Below are positions 24,901 through 39,900 of a DNA stretch of 64,000 nt, in pieces (position 1 is the first letter of the stretch; each line of letters starts with the position of its first letter). Both the position numbers and the translations under genes were made by a program. The notes under the pieces are model-generated. The model was not told where the DNA came from. It did no database searches and saw nothing but the letters and a program-made list of their open reading frames with translations. Source of the stretch: Octopus vulgaris (taxonomy: Eukaryota). The DNA lies in NCBI GenBank assembly GCA_951406725.2, contig CATOCA020000001.1, forward strand, positions 4,154,001-4,218,000. The letters are read 5' to 3'.

Positions 24901-27900
24901 TTAACAACTGATGCCGGCAGTTTGTTCCATGCTTGTGTGTGTATGGAGGGGAGGAAATCAGGTGTAGTGTTGGCGAATCTCAGAAAGCATGGAAGTTTTG
25001 AAGGATGCAGTGCTCAGACAATTAACAACTGATGCCGGCAGTTTGTTCCATGCTTGTGTGTTTATGGAGGGGAGGAAATCAGGTGTAGTGTTGGCGAATC
25101 TCAGAAAGCATGGAAGTTTTGAAGGATGCAGTGCTCAGACAATTAACAACTGATGCCGGCAGTTTGTTCCATGCTTGTGTGTGTATGGAGGGGAGGAAAT
25201 CAGGTGTAGTGTTGGCGAATCTCAGGAAGCATGGAAGTTTTGAAGGATGCAGTGCTCAGACAATTAACAACTGATGCCGGCAGTTTGTTCCATGCTTGTG
25301 TGTGTATGGAGGGGAGAAAATCAGGTGTAGTGTTGGCGAATCTCAGAAAGCATGGAAGTTTTGAAGGATGCAGTGCTCAGACAATTAACAACTGATGCCG
25401 GCAGTTTGTTCCATGCTTGTGTGTATGGAGGGGAGGAAATCAGGTGTAGTGTTGGCGAATCTCAGAAAGCATGGAAGTTTTGAAGGATGCAGTGCTCAGA
25501 CAATTAACAACTGATGCCGGCAGTTTGTTCCATGCTTGTGTGTGTATGGAGGGGAGGAAATCAGGTGTAGTGTTGGCGAATCTCAGAAAGCATGGAAGTT
25601 TTGAAGGATGCAGTGCTCAGACAATTAACAACTGATGCCGGCAGTTTGTTCCATGCTTGTGTGTGTATGGAGGGGAGGAAATCAGGTGTAGTGTTGGCGA
25701 ATCTCAGAAAGCATGGAAGTTTTGAAGGATGCAGTGCTCAGACAATTAACAACTGATGCCGGCAGTTTGTTCCATGCTTGTGTGTGTATGGAGGGGAGGA
25801 AATCAGGTGTAGTGTTGGCGAATCTCAGAAAGCATGGAAGTTTTGAAGGATGCAGTGCTCAGACAATTAACAACTGATGCCGGCAGTTTGTTCCATGCTT
25901 GTGTGTGTATGGAGGGGAGGAAATCAGGTGTAGTGTTGGCGAATCTCAGGAAGCATGGAAGTTTTGAAGGATGCAGTGCTCAGACAATTAACAACTGATG
26001 CCGGCAGTTTGTTCCATGCTTGTGTGTGTATGGAGGGGAGGAAATCAGGTGTAGTGTTGGCGAATCTCAGGAAGCATGGAAGTTTTGAAGGATGCAGTGC
26101 TCAGACAATTAACAACTGATGCCGGCAGGTTGTTCCATGCTTGTGTGTGTATGGAGGGGAGAAAATCAGGTGTAGTGTTGGTGAATCTCAGAATGCATGA
26201 AAGTTTTGAAGGATGCAGTGCTCAGACAATTAACAACTGATGCTGGCAGTTTGTTTCATGCTTGTGTGTATGGAGGGGAGGAAATCAGGTGTAGTGTTGG
26301 CGAATCTCAGGAAGCATGGAAGTTTTGAAGGATGCAGTGCTCAGACAATTAACAACTGATGCCGGCAGTTTGTTCCATGCTTTTGTGTGTATGGAGGGGA
26401 GGAAATCAGGTGTAGTGTTGGCGAATCTCAGAAAGCATGGAAGTTTTGAAGGATGCAGTGCTCAGACAAGTTTCAACTGATGCCGGCAGTTTGTTCCATG
26501 CTTGTGTGTGTATGGAGGAGAGGAAATCAGGTGTAGTGTTGGCGAATCTCAGAATGCATGGAAGTTTTGAAGGATGCAGTGCTCAGACAATTAACAACTG
26601 ATGCCGGCAGTTTGTTCCATGCTTGTGTGTGTATGGAGGGGAGGAAATCAGGTGTAGTGTTGGCGAATCTCAGAAAGCATGGAGGTATTGAAGGATGCAG
26701 TGCTCAGACAATTAACAACTGATGCCGGCAAGTTTTTTCCATGCTTGTGTGTGTATGGAGGGGAGGAAATCAGGTGTAGTGTTGGCGAATCTCAGGAAGC
26801 ATGGAAGTTTTGAAGGATGCAGTGCTCCGACAACTAACAACTGATGCCGGCAGTTTGTTCCATGCTTTTGTGTGTATGGAGGGGAGAAAATCAGGTGTAG
26901 TGTTGGCGAATCTCAGGAAGCATGGAAGTTTTGAAGGATGCAGTGCTCCGACAATTAACAACTGATGCCGCAGGTTCTTCCATGCTTGTGTGTGTATGGA
27001 GGGGAGAAAATCAGGTGTAGTGTTGGCGAATCTCAGGAAGCATGGAAATATTTGAAGGATGCATTGCTCAGACAATTAACAACTGATGCCGCCAGTTTGT
27101 TCCATGCTTGTGTGTGTATGGAGGGGAGGAAATCAGGTAGTGTCGGCGAATCTCATAAAGAATGGAAGTTTTGAATGATGCAGTGCTCCGACAACTAACA
27201 ACTGATTCCGGCAGTTTGTTCCATGCTTGTGTGTGTATGGAGTGGAGGAAATCAGGTGTAGTGTTGGCGAATCTCAGAATGCATGAAAGTTTTGAAGGAT
27301 GCAGTGCTCAGACTATTAACAACTGATGCCGGCAGTTTGTTCCATGCTTGTGTGTGTATGGAGGGGAGAAAATCATGTGTAGTGTTGGCGAATCTCAGAA
27401 TGCATGAAAGTTTTGAAGGATGCAGTGCTCAGACAATTAACAACTGATGCCGGCAGTTTGTTCCATGCTTGTGTGTGTATGGAGGGGAGAAAATCAGGTG
27501 TAGTGTTGGCGAATCTCAGAAGCATGAAAGTTTTGAAGGATGCAGTGCTCAGACAATTAACAACTGATGCCGGCAGTTTGTTCCATGCTTGTGTGTGTAT
27601 GGAGGGGAGGAAATCAGGTGTAGTGTTGGCGAATCTCAGAAATGCATGAAAGTTTTGAAGGATGCAGTGCTCAGACAAATAACAACTGATGCCGGCATTT
27701 TGTTCCATGCTTGTGTGTGTATGGATGGGAGGAAATCAGGTGTAGTGTTGGCGAATCTCAGAAAGCATGGAAGTTTTGAAGGATGCAGTGCTCAGACAAT
27801 TAACACCTGATGCCGGCAGTTTGTTCCATGCTTGTGTGTGTATGGAGGGGAGGAAATCAGGTGTAGTGTTGGCGAATCTCAGAAAGCATGGAGGTTTTGA

Positions 27901-30900
27901 AGGATGCAGTGCTCAGACAATTAACAACTGATGCCGGCAGTTTGTTCCATGCTTGTGTGTGTATGGAGGGGAGGAAATCAGGTGTAGTGTTGGCGAATCT
28001 CAGGAAGCATGGAAGTTTTGAAGGATGCAGTGCTCCGACAACTAACAACTGATGCCGGCAGTTTGTTCCATGCTTGTGTGTGTATGGAGGGGAGGAAATC
28101 AGGTGTAGTGTTGGCGAATCTCAGAATGCATGGAAGTTTTGAAGGATGCAGTGCTCAGACAATTAACAACTGATGCCGGCAGTTTGTTCCATGCTTGTGT
28201 GTGTATGGAGGGGAGAAAATCAGGTGTAGTGTTGGCGAATCTCAGGAAGCATGGAAGTTTTGAAGGATGCAGTGCTCAGACAACTAACAACTGATGCCGG
28301 CAGTTTGTTCCATGCTTGTGTGTGTATGGAGGGGAGAAAATCAGGTGTAGTGTTGGCGAATCTCAGGAAGCATGGAAGTTTTGAAGGATGCAGTGCTCAG
28401 ACAATTAACAACTGATGCCGGCAGTTTGTTCCATGCTTGTGTGTGTATGGAGGGGAGGAAAATCAGGTGTAGTGTTGGCGAATCTCAGGAAGCATGGAAG
28501 TTTTGAAGGATGCAGTGCTCAGACAATTAACAACTGATGCCGGCAGTTTGTTCCATGCTTGTGTGTGTATGGAGGGGAGGAAATCAGGTGTAGTGTTGGC
28601 GAATCTCATAAAGAATGGAAGTTTTGAAGGATGCAGTGCTCCGACAACTAACAACTGATGCCGGCAGTTTGTTCCATGCTTGTGTGTGTATGGAGGGGAG
28701 GAAATCAGGTGTAGTGTTGGCGAATCTCAGAAAGCATGGAAGTTTTGAAGGATGCAGTGCTCAGACAATTAACAACTGATGCCGGCAGTTTGTTCCATGC
28801 TTGTGTGTGTATGGAGGGGAGAAAATCAGGTGTAGTGTTGGCGAATCTCAGAAAGCATGGAAGTTTTGAAGGATGCAGTGCTCAGACAATTAACAACTGA
28901 TGCCGGCAGTTTGTTCCATGCTTGTGTGTGTATGGAGGGGAGAAAATCAGGTGTAGTGTTGTCGAATCTCAGAAAGCATGGAAATTTTTGAAGGATGCAT
29001 TGCTCAGACAATTCACAACTTATGCCGGCAGTTTGTTCCATGCTTGTGTGTGTATGGAGGGGAGAAAATCAGGTGTAGTGTTGGCGAATCTCAGAAAGCA
29101 TGAAAGTTTTGAAGGATGCAGTGCTCAGACAATTAACAACTGATGCCGGCAGTTTGTTCCATGCTTGTGTGTGTATGGAGGGGAGAAATCAGGTGTAGTG
29201 TTGGCGAATCTCAGAAAGCATGGAAAGTTTTGAAGGATGCAGTGCTCAGACAATTAACAACTGATGCCGGCAGTTTGTTCCATGCTTGTGTGTGTATGGA
29301 GGGGAGAAAATCAGGTGTAGTGTTGGCGAATCTCAGAATGCATGAAAGTTTTGAAGGATGCAGTGCTAAGACAATTAACAACTGATGCCGGCAGTTTGTT
29401 CCATGCTTGTGTGTGTATGGAGGGGAGAAAATCAGGTGTAGTGTTGGCGAATCTCAGGAAGCATGGAAGTTTTGAAGGATGCAGTGCTCAGACAATTAAC
29501 AACTGATGCCGGCAGTTTCTTCCATGCTTGTGTGTGTATGGAGGGGAGAAAATCAGGTGTAGTGTTGGCGAATCTCAGGAAGCATGGAAGTTTTGAAGGA
29601 TGCAGTGCTCAGACAATTAACAACTGATGCCGGCAGTTTGTTCCATGCTTGTGTGTGTATGGAGGGGAGGAAATCAGGTGTAGTGTTGGCGAATCTCAGA
29701 AAGCATGGAAGTTTTGAAGGATGCAGTGCTCAGACAATTAACAACTGATGCCGGCAGTTTGTTCCATGCTTGTGTGTGTATGGAGGGGAGGAAATCAGGT
29801 GTAGTGTTGGCGAATCTCAGAAAGCATGGAAGTTTTGAAGGATGCAGTGCTCAGACAATTAACATCTGATGCCGGCAGTTTGTTCCATGCTTGTGTGTGT
29901 ATGGAGGGGAGGAAATCAGGTGTAGTGTTGGCGAATCTCAGGAAGCATGGAAGTTTTGAAGGATGCAGTGCTCAGACAATTAACAACTGATGCCGGCAGT
30001 TTGTTCCATGCTTGTGTGTGTATGGAGGGGAGGAAATCAGGTGTAGTGTTGGCGAATCTCAGGAAGCATGGAAGTTTTGAAGGATGCAGTGCTCCGACAA
30101 CTAACAACTGATGCCGGCAGTTTGTTCCATGCTTGTGTGTGTATGGAGGGGAGGGAAATCAGGTGTAGTGTTGGCGAATCTCAGAATGCATGAAAGTTTT
30201 GAAGGATGCAGTGCTCAGACAATTAACAACTGATGCCGGCAGTTTGTTCCATGCTTGTGTGTGTATGGAGGGGAGAAAATCAGGTGTAGTGTTGGCGAAT
30301 CTCAGGAAGCATGGAAGTTTTGAAGGATGCAGTGCTCCGACAACTAACAACTGATGCCGGCAGTTTGTTCCACGCTTGTGTGTGTATGGAGGGGAGAAAA
30401 TCAGGTGTAGTGTGGGCGAATCTCAGGAAGCATGGAAGTTTTGAAGGATGCAGTGCTCCGACAATTAACAACTGATGCCGGCAGTTTGTTCCATGCTTGT
30501 GTGTATGGAGGGGAGGAAATCAGGTGTAGTGTTGGCGAATCTCAGGAAGCATGGAAGTTTTGAAGGATGCAGTGCTCAGACAATTAACAACTGATGCCGG
30601 CAGTTTGTTCCATGCTTGTGTGTGTATGGAGGGGAGGAAATCAGGTGTAGTGTTGGCGAATCTCAGAAAGAATGGAAGTTTTGAAGGATGCAGTGCTCAG
30701 ACAATTAACAACTGATTTCGGCAGTTTGTTCCATGCTTGTGTGTGTATGGAGTGGAGGAAATCAGGTGTAGTGTTGGCGAATCTCAGGAAGCATGGAAGT
30801 TTTGAAGGATGCAGTGCTCAGACAATTAACAACTGATGCCGGCAGTTTGTTCCATGCTTGTGTGTGTATGGAGGGGAGAAAATCATGTGTAGTGTTGGCG

Positions 30901-33900
30901 AATCTCAGGAAGCATGGAAGTTTTGAAGGATGCAGTGCTCAGACAATTAACAACTGATGCCGGCAGTTTGTTCCATGCTTGTGTGTGTATGGAGGGGAGA
31001 AAATCAGGTGTAGTGTTGGCGAATCTCAGAATGCATGGAAGTTTTGAAGGATGCAGTGCTCAGACAATTAACAACTGATGCCGGCAGTTTGTTCCATGCT
31101 TGTGTGTGTATGGAGGGAGGAAATCAGGTGTAGTGTTGGCGAATCTCAGGAAGCATGGAAGTTTTGAAGGATGCAGTGCTCAGACAATTAACAACTGATG
31201 CCGGCAGTTTGTTCCATGCTTGTGTGTGTATGGAGGGGAGGAAAATCAGGTGTAGTGTTGGCGAATCTCAGAATGCATGAAAGTTTTGAAGGATGCAGTG
31301 CTCAGACAATTAACAACTGATGCCGGCAGTTTGTTCCATGCTTGTGTGTGTATGGAGGATAGGAAATCAGGTGTAGTGTTGGCGAATCTCAGAATGCATG
31401 AAAGTTTTGAAGGATGCAGTGCTCAGACAATTAACAACTGATGCCGGCAGTTTGTTCCATGCTTGTGTGTGTATGGAGGGGAGGAAATCAGGTGTAGTGT
31501 TGGCGAATCTCAGGAAGCATGGAAGTTTTGAAGGATGCAGTGCTCCGACAACTAACAACTGATGCCGGCAGTTTGTTCCATGCTTGTGTGTGTATGGAGG
31601 GGAGGAAATCAGGTGTAGTGTTGGTGAATCTCAGAATGCATGAAGTTTTGAAGGATGCAGTGCTCAGACAATTAACAACTGATGCCGGCAGTTTGTTCCA
31701 TGCTTGTGTGTGTATGGAGGTGAGGAAATCAGGTGTAGTGTTGGCGAATCTCAGAAAGCATGGAAGTTTTGAAGGATGCAGTGCTCAGACAATTAACAAC
31801 TGATGCCGGCAGTTTGTTCCATGCTTTTGTGTGTATGGAGGGGAGGAAATCAGGTGTAGTGTTGGCGAATCTCAGAAAGCATGGAAGTTTTGAAGGATGC
31901 AGTGCTCAGACAATAACAACTGATGCCGGCAGTTTGTTCCATGCTTGTGTGTGTATGGAGGGAGGAAATCAGGTGTAGTGTTGGCGAATCTCAGAAAGCA
32001 TGGAAGTTTTGAAGGATGCAGTGCTCAGACAATTAACAACTGATGCCGGCAGTTTGTTCCATGCTTGTGTGTGTATGGAGGGGAGGAAATCAGGTGTAGT
32101 GTTGGCGAATCTCAGAAAGCATGGAAGTTTTGAAGGATGCAGTGCTCAGACAATTAACAACTGATGCCGGCAGTTTGTTCCATGCTTGTGTGTGTATGGA
32201 GGGGAGGAAATCAGGTGTAGTGTTGGCGAATCTCAGGAAGCATGGAAGTTTTGAAGGATGCAGTGCTCAGACAATTAACAACTGATGCCGGCAGTTTGTT
32301 CCATGCTTGTGTGTGTATGGAGGGGAGAAAATCAGGTGTAGTGTTGGCGAATCTCAGAATGCATGGAAAGTTTTGAAGGATGCAGTGCTCAGACAATTAA
32401 CAACTGATGCCGGCAGTTTGTTCCATGCTTGTGTGTGTATGGAGGGGAGAAAATCAGGTGTAGTGTTGGCGAATCTCAGAAAGCATGGAAGTTTTGAAGG
32501 ATGCAGTGCTCAGACAATTAACAACTGATGCCGGCAGTTTGTTCCATGCTTGTGTGTGTATGGAGGGGAGAAAATCAGGTGTAGTGTTGGCGAATCTCAG
32601 AAAGCATGGAAGTTTTGAAGGATGCAGTGCTCAGACAATTAACAACTGATGCCGGCAGTTTGTTCCATGCTTGTGTGTGTATGGAGGGGAGGAAATCAGG
32701 TGTAGTGTTGGCGAATCTCAGAAGCATGGAAGTTTTGAAGGATGCAGTGCTCAGACAATTAACAACTGATGCCGGCAGTTTGTTCCATGCTTGTGTGTGT
32801 ATGGAGGGGAGAAAATCAGGTGTAGTGTTGGCGAATCTCAGGAAGCATGGAAGTTTTGAAGGATGCAGTGCTCCGACAATTAACAACTGATGCCGGCAGT
32901 TTGTTCCATGCTTGTGTGTGTATGGAGGGGAGAAAATCAGGTGTAGTGTTGGCGAATCTCAGAAGCATGGAAATTTTGAAGGATGCAGTGCTCAGACAAT
33001 TAACAACTGATGCCGGCAGTTTGTTCCCTGCTTGTGTGTGTATGGTGTGGAGGAAATCAGGTGTAGTGTTGGCGAATCTCAGGAAGAATGGAAGTTTTGA
33101 AGGATGCAGTGCTGCAACCACTAACAACTGATGCCGGCAGTTTGTTCCATGCTTGTGTGTGTATGGAGGGGAGGAAATCAGGTGTAGTGTTGGCGAATCT
33201 CAGAATGCATGAAAGTTTTGAAGGATGCAGTGCTCAGACAATTAACAACTGATGCCGGCAGTTTGTTCCATGCTTGTGTGTGTATGGAGGGGAGAAATCA
33301 GGTGTAGTGTTGGCGAATCTCAGGAAGCATGGAAGTTTTGAAGGATGCAGTGCTCAGACAACTAACAACTGATGCCGGCAGTTTGTTCCATGCTTGTGTG
33401 TGTATGGAGGGGAGAAAATCAGGTGTAGTGTTGGCGAATCTCAGAAAGCATGAAAGTTTTGAAGGATGCAGTGCTCAGACAATTAACAACTGATGCCGGC
33501 AGTTTGTTCCATGCTTGTGTGTGTATGGAGGGGAGAAAATCAGGTGTAGTGTTGGCGAATCTCAGAAAGCATGGAAAGTTTTGAAGGATGCAGTGCTCCG
33601 ACAATTAACAACTGATGCCGGCAGTTTGTTCCATGCTTGTGTGTGTATGGAGGGGAGAAAATCAGGTGTAGTGTTGGCGAATCTCAGAATGCATGAAAGT
33701 TTTGAAGGATGCAGTGCTCAGACAATTAACAACTGATGCCGGCAGTTTGTTCCATGCTTGAGTGTGTATGGAGGGGAGAAAATCAGGTGTAGTGTTGGCG
33801 AATCTCAGGAATGCATGAAAGTTTTGAAGGATGCAGTGCTCAGACAATTAACAACTGATGCCGGCAGTTTGTTCCATGCTTGTGTGTGTATGGAGGGGAG

Positions 33901-36900
33901 AAAATCAGGTGTAGTGTTGGCGAATCTCAGAAAGCATGGAAGTTTTGAAGGATGCAGTGCTCAGACAATTAACAACTGATGCCGGCAGTTTGTTCCATGC
34001 TTGTGTGTGTATGGAGGGGAGAAAATCAGGTGTAGTGTTGGCGAATCTCAGAAGCATGGAAGTTTTGAAGGATGCAGTGCTCAGACAATTAACAACTGAT
34101 GCCGGCAGTTTGTTCCATGCTTGTGTGTGTATGGAGGGGAGGAAATCAGGTGTAGTGTTGGCGAATCTCAGAAAGCATGGAAGTTTTGAAGGATGCAGTG
34201 CTCAGACAATTAACAACTGATGCCGGCAGTTTGTTCCATGCTTGTGTGTGTATGGAGGGGAGGAAATCAGGTGTAGTGTTGGCGAATCTCAGAAAGCATG
34301 GAAGTTTTGAAGGATGCAGTGCTCAGACAATTAACAACTGATGCCGGCAGTTTGTTCCATGCTTGTGTGTGTATGGAGGGGAGGAAATCAGGTGTAGTGT
34401 TGGCGAATCTCAGAAAGAATGGAGGTTTTGAAGGATGCAGTGCTCAGACAATTAACAACTGATGCCGGCAGTTTGTTCCATGCTTGTGTGTGTATGGAGG
34501 GGAGAAAATCAGGTGTAGTGTTGGCGAATCTCAGGAAGCATGGAAGTTTTGAAGGATGCAGTGCTCAGACACTTAACAACTGATGCCGGCAGTTTGTTCC
34601 ATGCTTGTGTGTGTATGGAGGGGAGAAAATCAGGTGTAGTGTTGGCGAATCTCAGGAAGCATGGAAGTTTTGAAGGATGCAGTGCTCAGACAATTAACAA
34701 CTGATGCCGGCAGTTTGTTCCATGCTTGTGTGTGTATGGAGGGAGAAAATCAGGTGTAGTGTTGGCGAATCTCAGGAAGCATGGAAGTTTTGAAGGATGC
34801 AGTGCTCAGACAACTAACAACTGATGCCGGCAGTTTGTTCCATGCTTGTGTGTGTATGGAGGGGAGGAAATCAGGTGTAGTGTTGGCGAATCTCAGGAAG
34901 CATGGAAGTTTTGAAGGATGCAGTGCTCAGACAATTAACAACTGATGCCGGCAGTTTGTTCCATGCTTGTGTGTGTATGGAGGGGAGGAAAATCTGGTGT
35001 AGTGTTGGCGAATCTCAGGAAGCATGGAAGTTTTGAAGGATGCAGTGCTCAGACAATTAACAACTGATGCCGGCAGTTTGTTCCATGCTTGTGTGTGTAT
35101 GGAGGGGAGGAAATCAGGTAGTGTTGGCGAATCTCAGAAAGCATGGAAGTTTTGAAGGATGCAGTGCTCAGACAATTAACAACTGATGCCGGCAGTTTGT
35201 TCCATGCTTGTGTGTGTATGGAGGGGAGGAAATCAGGTGTAGTGTTGGCGAATCTCAGAAGCATGGAAGTTTTGAAGGATGCAGTGCTCAGACAATTAAC
35301 AACTGATGCCGGCAGTTTGTTCCATGCTTGTGTGTGTATGGAGGGGAGAAAATCAGGTGTAGTGTTGGCGAATCTCAGAAAGCATGGAAGTTTTGAAGGA
35401 TGCAGTGCTCAGACAATTAACAACTGATGCCGGCAGTTTGTTCCATGCTTGTGTGTGTATGGAGGGGAGAAAATCAGGTGTAGTGTTGGCGAATCTCAGA
35501 AAGCATGAAAGTTTTGAAGGATGCAGTGCTCAGACAATTAACAACTGATGCCGGCAGTTTGTTCCATGCTTGTGTGTGTATGGAGGGGAAAATCAGGTGT
35601 AGTGTTGGCGAATCTCAGAAAGCATGGAAGTTTTGAAGGATGCAGTGCTCAGACAATTAACAACTGATGCCGGCAGTTTGTTCCATGCTTGTGTGTGTAT
35701 GGAGGGGAGAAAATCAGGTGTAGTGTTGGCGAATCTCAGAATGCATGAAAGTTTTGAAGGATGCAGTGCTCAGACAATTAACAACTGATGCCGGCAGTTT
35801 GTTCCATGCTTGTGTGTGTATGGAGGGGAGAAAATCAGGTGTAGTGTTGGCGAATCTCAGGAAGCATGGAAGTTTTGAAGGATGCAGGGCTCAGACAATT
35901 AACAACTGATGCCGGCAGTTTGTTCCATGCTTGTGTGTGTATGGAGGGGAGGAAATCAGGTGTAGTGTTGGCGAATCTCAGGAAGCATGGAAGTTTTGAA
36001 GGATGCAGTGCTCCGACAACTAACAACTGATGCCGGCAGTTTGTTCCATGCTTGTGTGTGTATGGAGGGGAGAAAATCAGGTGTAGTGTTGGCGAATCTC
36101 AGAATGCATGGAAATTTTTGAAGGATGCATTGCTCAGACAATTAACAACTGATGCCGGCAGTTTGTTCCATGCTTGTGTGTGTATGGAGGGGAGGAAATC
36201 AGGTGTAGTGTTGGCGAATCTCAGAAAGCATGGAAGTTTTGAAGGATGCAGTGCTCAGACAATTAACAACTGATGCCGGCAGTTTGTTCCATGCTTGTAT
36301 GTATGGAGGGGAGGAAATCAGGTGTAGTGTTGGCGAATCTCAGAAGCATGGAAGTTTTGAAGGATGCAGTGCTCAGACAATTAACAACTGATGCCGGCAG
36401 TTTGTTCCATGCTTGTGTGTGTATGGAGGGGAGGAAATCAGGTGTAGTGTTGGCGAATCTCAGGAAGCATGGAAGTTTTAAAGGATGCAGTGCTCAGACG
36501 ATTAACAACTGATGCCGGCAGTTTGTTCCATTCTTGTGTGTGTATGGAGGGGAGAAAATCAGGTGTAGTGTTGGCGAATCTCAGAAAGCATGGAAGTTTT
36601 GAAGGATGCAGTGCTCAGACAATTAACAACTGATGCCGGCAGTTTGTTCCATGCTTGTGTGTGTATGGAGGGGAGGAAATCAGGTGTAGTGTTGGCGAAT
36701 CTCAGGAAGCATGGAAGTTTTGAAGGATGCAGTGCTCAGACAATTAACAACTGATGCCGGCAGTTTGTTCCATGCTTGTGTGTGTATGGAGAGGAGGAAA
36801 TCAGGTGTAGTGTTGGCGAATCTCAGGAAGCATGGAAGTTTTGAAGGATGCAGTGCTCAGACAATTAACAACTGATGCCGGCAGTTTGTTCCATGCTTGT

Positions 36901-39900
36901 GTGTGTATGGAGGGAGGAAATCAGGTGTAGTGTTGGCGAATCTCAGAATGCATGAAACTTTTGAAGGATGCAGTGCTCAGACAATTAACAACTGATGCCG
37001 GCAGTTTGTTCCATGCTTGTGTGTGTATGGAGGGGAGAAAATCAGGTGTAGTGTTGGCGAATCTCAGGAAGCATGGAAGTTTTGAAGGATGCAGTGCTCA
37101 GACAATTAACAACTGATGCCGGCAGTTTGTTCCATGCTTGTGTGTGTATGGAGGGGAGGAAATCAGGTGTAGTGTTGGCGAATCTCAGGAAGCATGGAAG
37201 TTTTGAAGGATGCAGTGCTCAGACAATTAACAACTGATGCCGGCAGTTTGTTCCATGCTTGTGTGTGTATGGAGGGGAGAAAATCAGGTGTAGTGTTGGC
37301 GAATCTCAGAAGCATGGAAGTTTTGAAGGATGCAGTGCTCAGACAATTAACAACTGATGCCGGCAGTTTGTTCCATGCTTGTGTGTGTATGGAGGGGAGG
37401 AAATCAGGTGTAGTGTTGGCGAATCTCAGGAAGCATGGAAGTTTTGAAGGATGCAGTGCTCCGACAATTAACAACTGATGCCGGCAGTTTGTTCCATGCT
37501 TGTGTGTGTATGGAGGGGAGAAAATCAGGTGTAGTGTTGGCGAATCTCAGGAAGCATGGAAGTTTTGAAGGATGCAGTGCTCAGACAATTAACAACTGAT
37601 GCCGGCAGTTTGTTCCATGCTTGCGTGTGTATGGAGGGGAGGAAATCAGGGGTAGTGTTGGCGAATCTCAGGAAGAATGGAAGTTTTGAAGGATGCAGTG
37701 CTCAGACAATTAACAACTGATGCCGGCAGTTTGTTCCATGCTTGTGTGTGTATGGAGGGGAGGAAATCAGGTGTAGTGTTGGCGAATCTCAGAATGCATG
37801 AAAGTTTTGAAGGATGCAGTGCTCAGACAATTAACAACTGATGCCGGCAGTTTGTTCCATGCTTGTGTGTGTATGGAGGGGAGAAAATCAGGTGTAGTGT
37901 TGGCGAATCTCAGAATGCATGAAAGTTTTGAAGGATGCAGTGCTCAGACAATTAACAACTGATGCCGGCAGTTTGTTCCATGCTTGTGTGTGTATGGAGG
38001 GGAGAAAATCAGGTGTAGTGTTGGCGAATCTCAGAAGCATGGAAGTTTTGAAGGATGCAGTGCTCAGACAATTAACAACTGATGCCGGCAGTTTGTTCCA
38101 TGCTTGCGTGTGTATGGAGGGGAGGAAATCAGGTGTAGTGTTGGCGAATCTCAGAATGCATGGAAATTTTTGAAGGATGCAGTGCTCAGACAATTAACAA
38201 CTGATGCCGGCAGTTTGTTCCATGCTTGTGTGTATGGAGGGGAGGAAATCAGGTGTAGTGTTGGCGAATCTCAGGAAGCATGGAAGTTTTGAAGGATGCA
38301 GTGCTCAGACAATTAACAACTGATGCCGGCAGTTTGTTCCATGCTTGTGTGTGTATGGAGGGGAGAAAATCAGGTGTAGTGTTGGCGAATCTCAGAAGCA
38401 TGGAAGTTTTGAAGGATGCAGTGCTCAGACAATTAACAACTGATGCCGGCAGTTTGTTCCATGCTTGTGTGTGTATGGAGGGAGAAAATCAGGTGTAGTG
38501 TTGGCGAATCTCAGGAAGCATGGAAGTTTTGAAGGATGCAGTGCTCCGACAATTAACAACTGATGCCGGCAGTTTGTTCCATGCTTGTGTGTGTATGGAG
38601 GGGAGAAAATCAGGTGTAGTGTTGGCGAATCTCAGGAAGCATGGAAGTTTTGAAGGATGCAGTGCCCAGACAATTAACAACTGATGCCGGCAGGTTGTTC
38701 CATGCTTGTGTGTGTATGGAGGGGAGGAAAATCAGGTGTAGTGTTGGCGAATCTCAGAAAGCATGGAAGTTTTGAAGGATGCAGTGCTCAGACAATTAAC
38801 AACTGATGCCGGCAGTTTGTTCCATGCTTGTGTGTGTATGGAGGGGAGGAAATCAGGTGTAGTGTTGGCGAATCTCAGAAGCATGGAAGTTTTGAAGGAT
38901 GCAGTGCTCAGACAATTAACAACTGATGCCGGCAGTTTGTTCCATGCTTGTGTGTGTATGGAGGGGAGGAAATCAGGTGTAGTGTTGGCGAATCTCAGAA
39001 AGCATGGAAGTTTTGAAGGATGCAGTGCTCAGACAATTAACAACTGATGCCGGCAGTTTGTTCCATGCTTGTGTGTGTATGGAGGAGGAAATCAGGTGTA
39101 GTGTTGGCGAATCTCAGGAAGCATGGAAGTTTTGAAGGATGCAGTGCTCAGACAACTAACAACTGATGCCGGCAGTTTGTTCCATGCTTGTGTGTGTATG
39201 GAGGGGAGAAAATCAGGTGTAGTGTTGGCGAATCTCAGAATGCATGAAAGTTTTGAAGGATGCAGTGCTCAGGCAATTAACAACTGATGCCGGCAGTTTG
39301 TTCCATGCTTGTGTGTGTATGGAGGGGAGAAAATCAGGTGTAGTGTTGGCGAATCTCAGGAAGCATGGAAGTTTTGAAGGATGCAGTGCTCAGACAACTA
39401 ACAACTGATGCCGGCAGTTTGTTCCATGCTTGTGTGTGTATGGAGGGGAGAAAATCAGGTGTAGTGTTGGCGAATCTCAGAAAGCATGGAAGTTTTGAAG
39501 GATGCAGTGCTCAGACAATTAACAACTGATGCCGGCAGTTTGTTCCATGCTTGTGTGTGTATGGAGGGGAGAAAATCAGGTGTAGTGTTGGCGAATCTCA
39601 GGAAGCATGGAAGTTTTGAAGGATGCAGTGCTCAGACAATTAACAACTGATGCCGGCAGTTTGTTCCATGCTTGTGTGTGTATGGAGGGGAGGAAATCAG
39701 GTGTAGTGTTGGCGAATCTCAGAAAGCATGGAAGTTTTGAAGGATGCAGTGCTCCGACAACTAACAACTGATGCCGGCAGTTTGTTCCATGCTTGTGTGT
39801 GTATGGAGGGAGGAAATCAGGTGTAGTGTTGGCGAATCTCAGGAAGCATGGAAGTTTTGAAGGATGCAGTGCTCCGACAATTAACAACTGATGCCGGCAG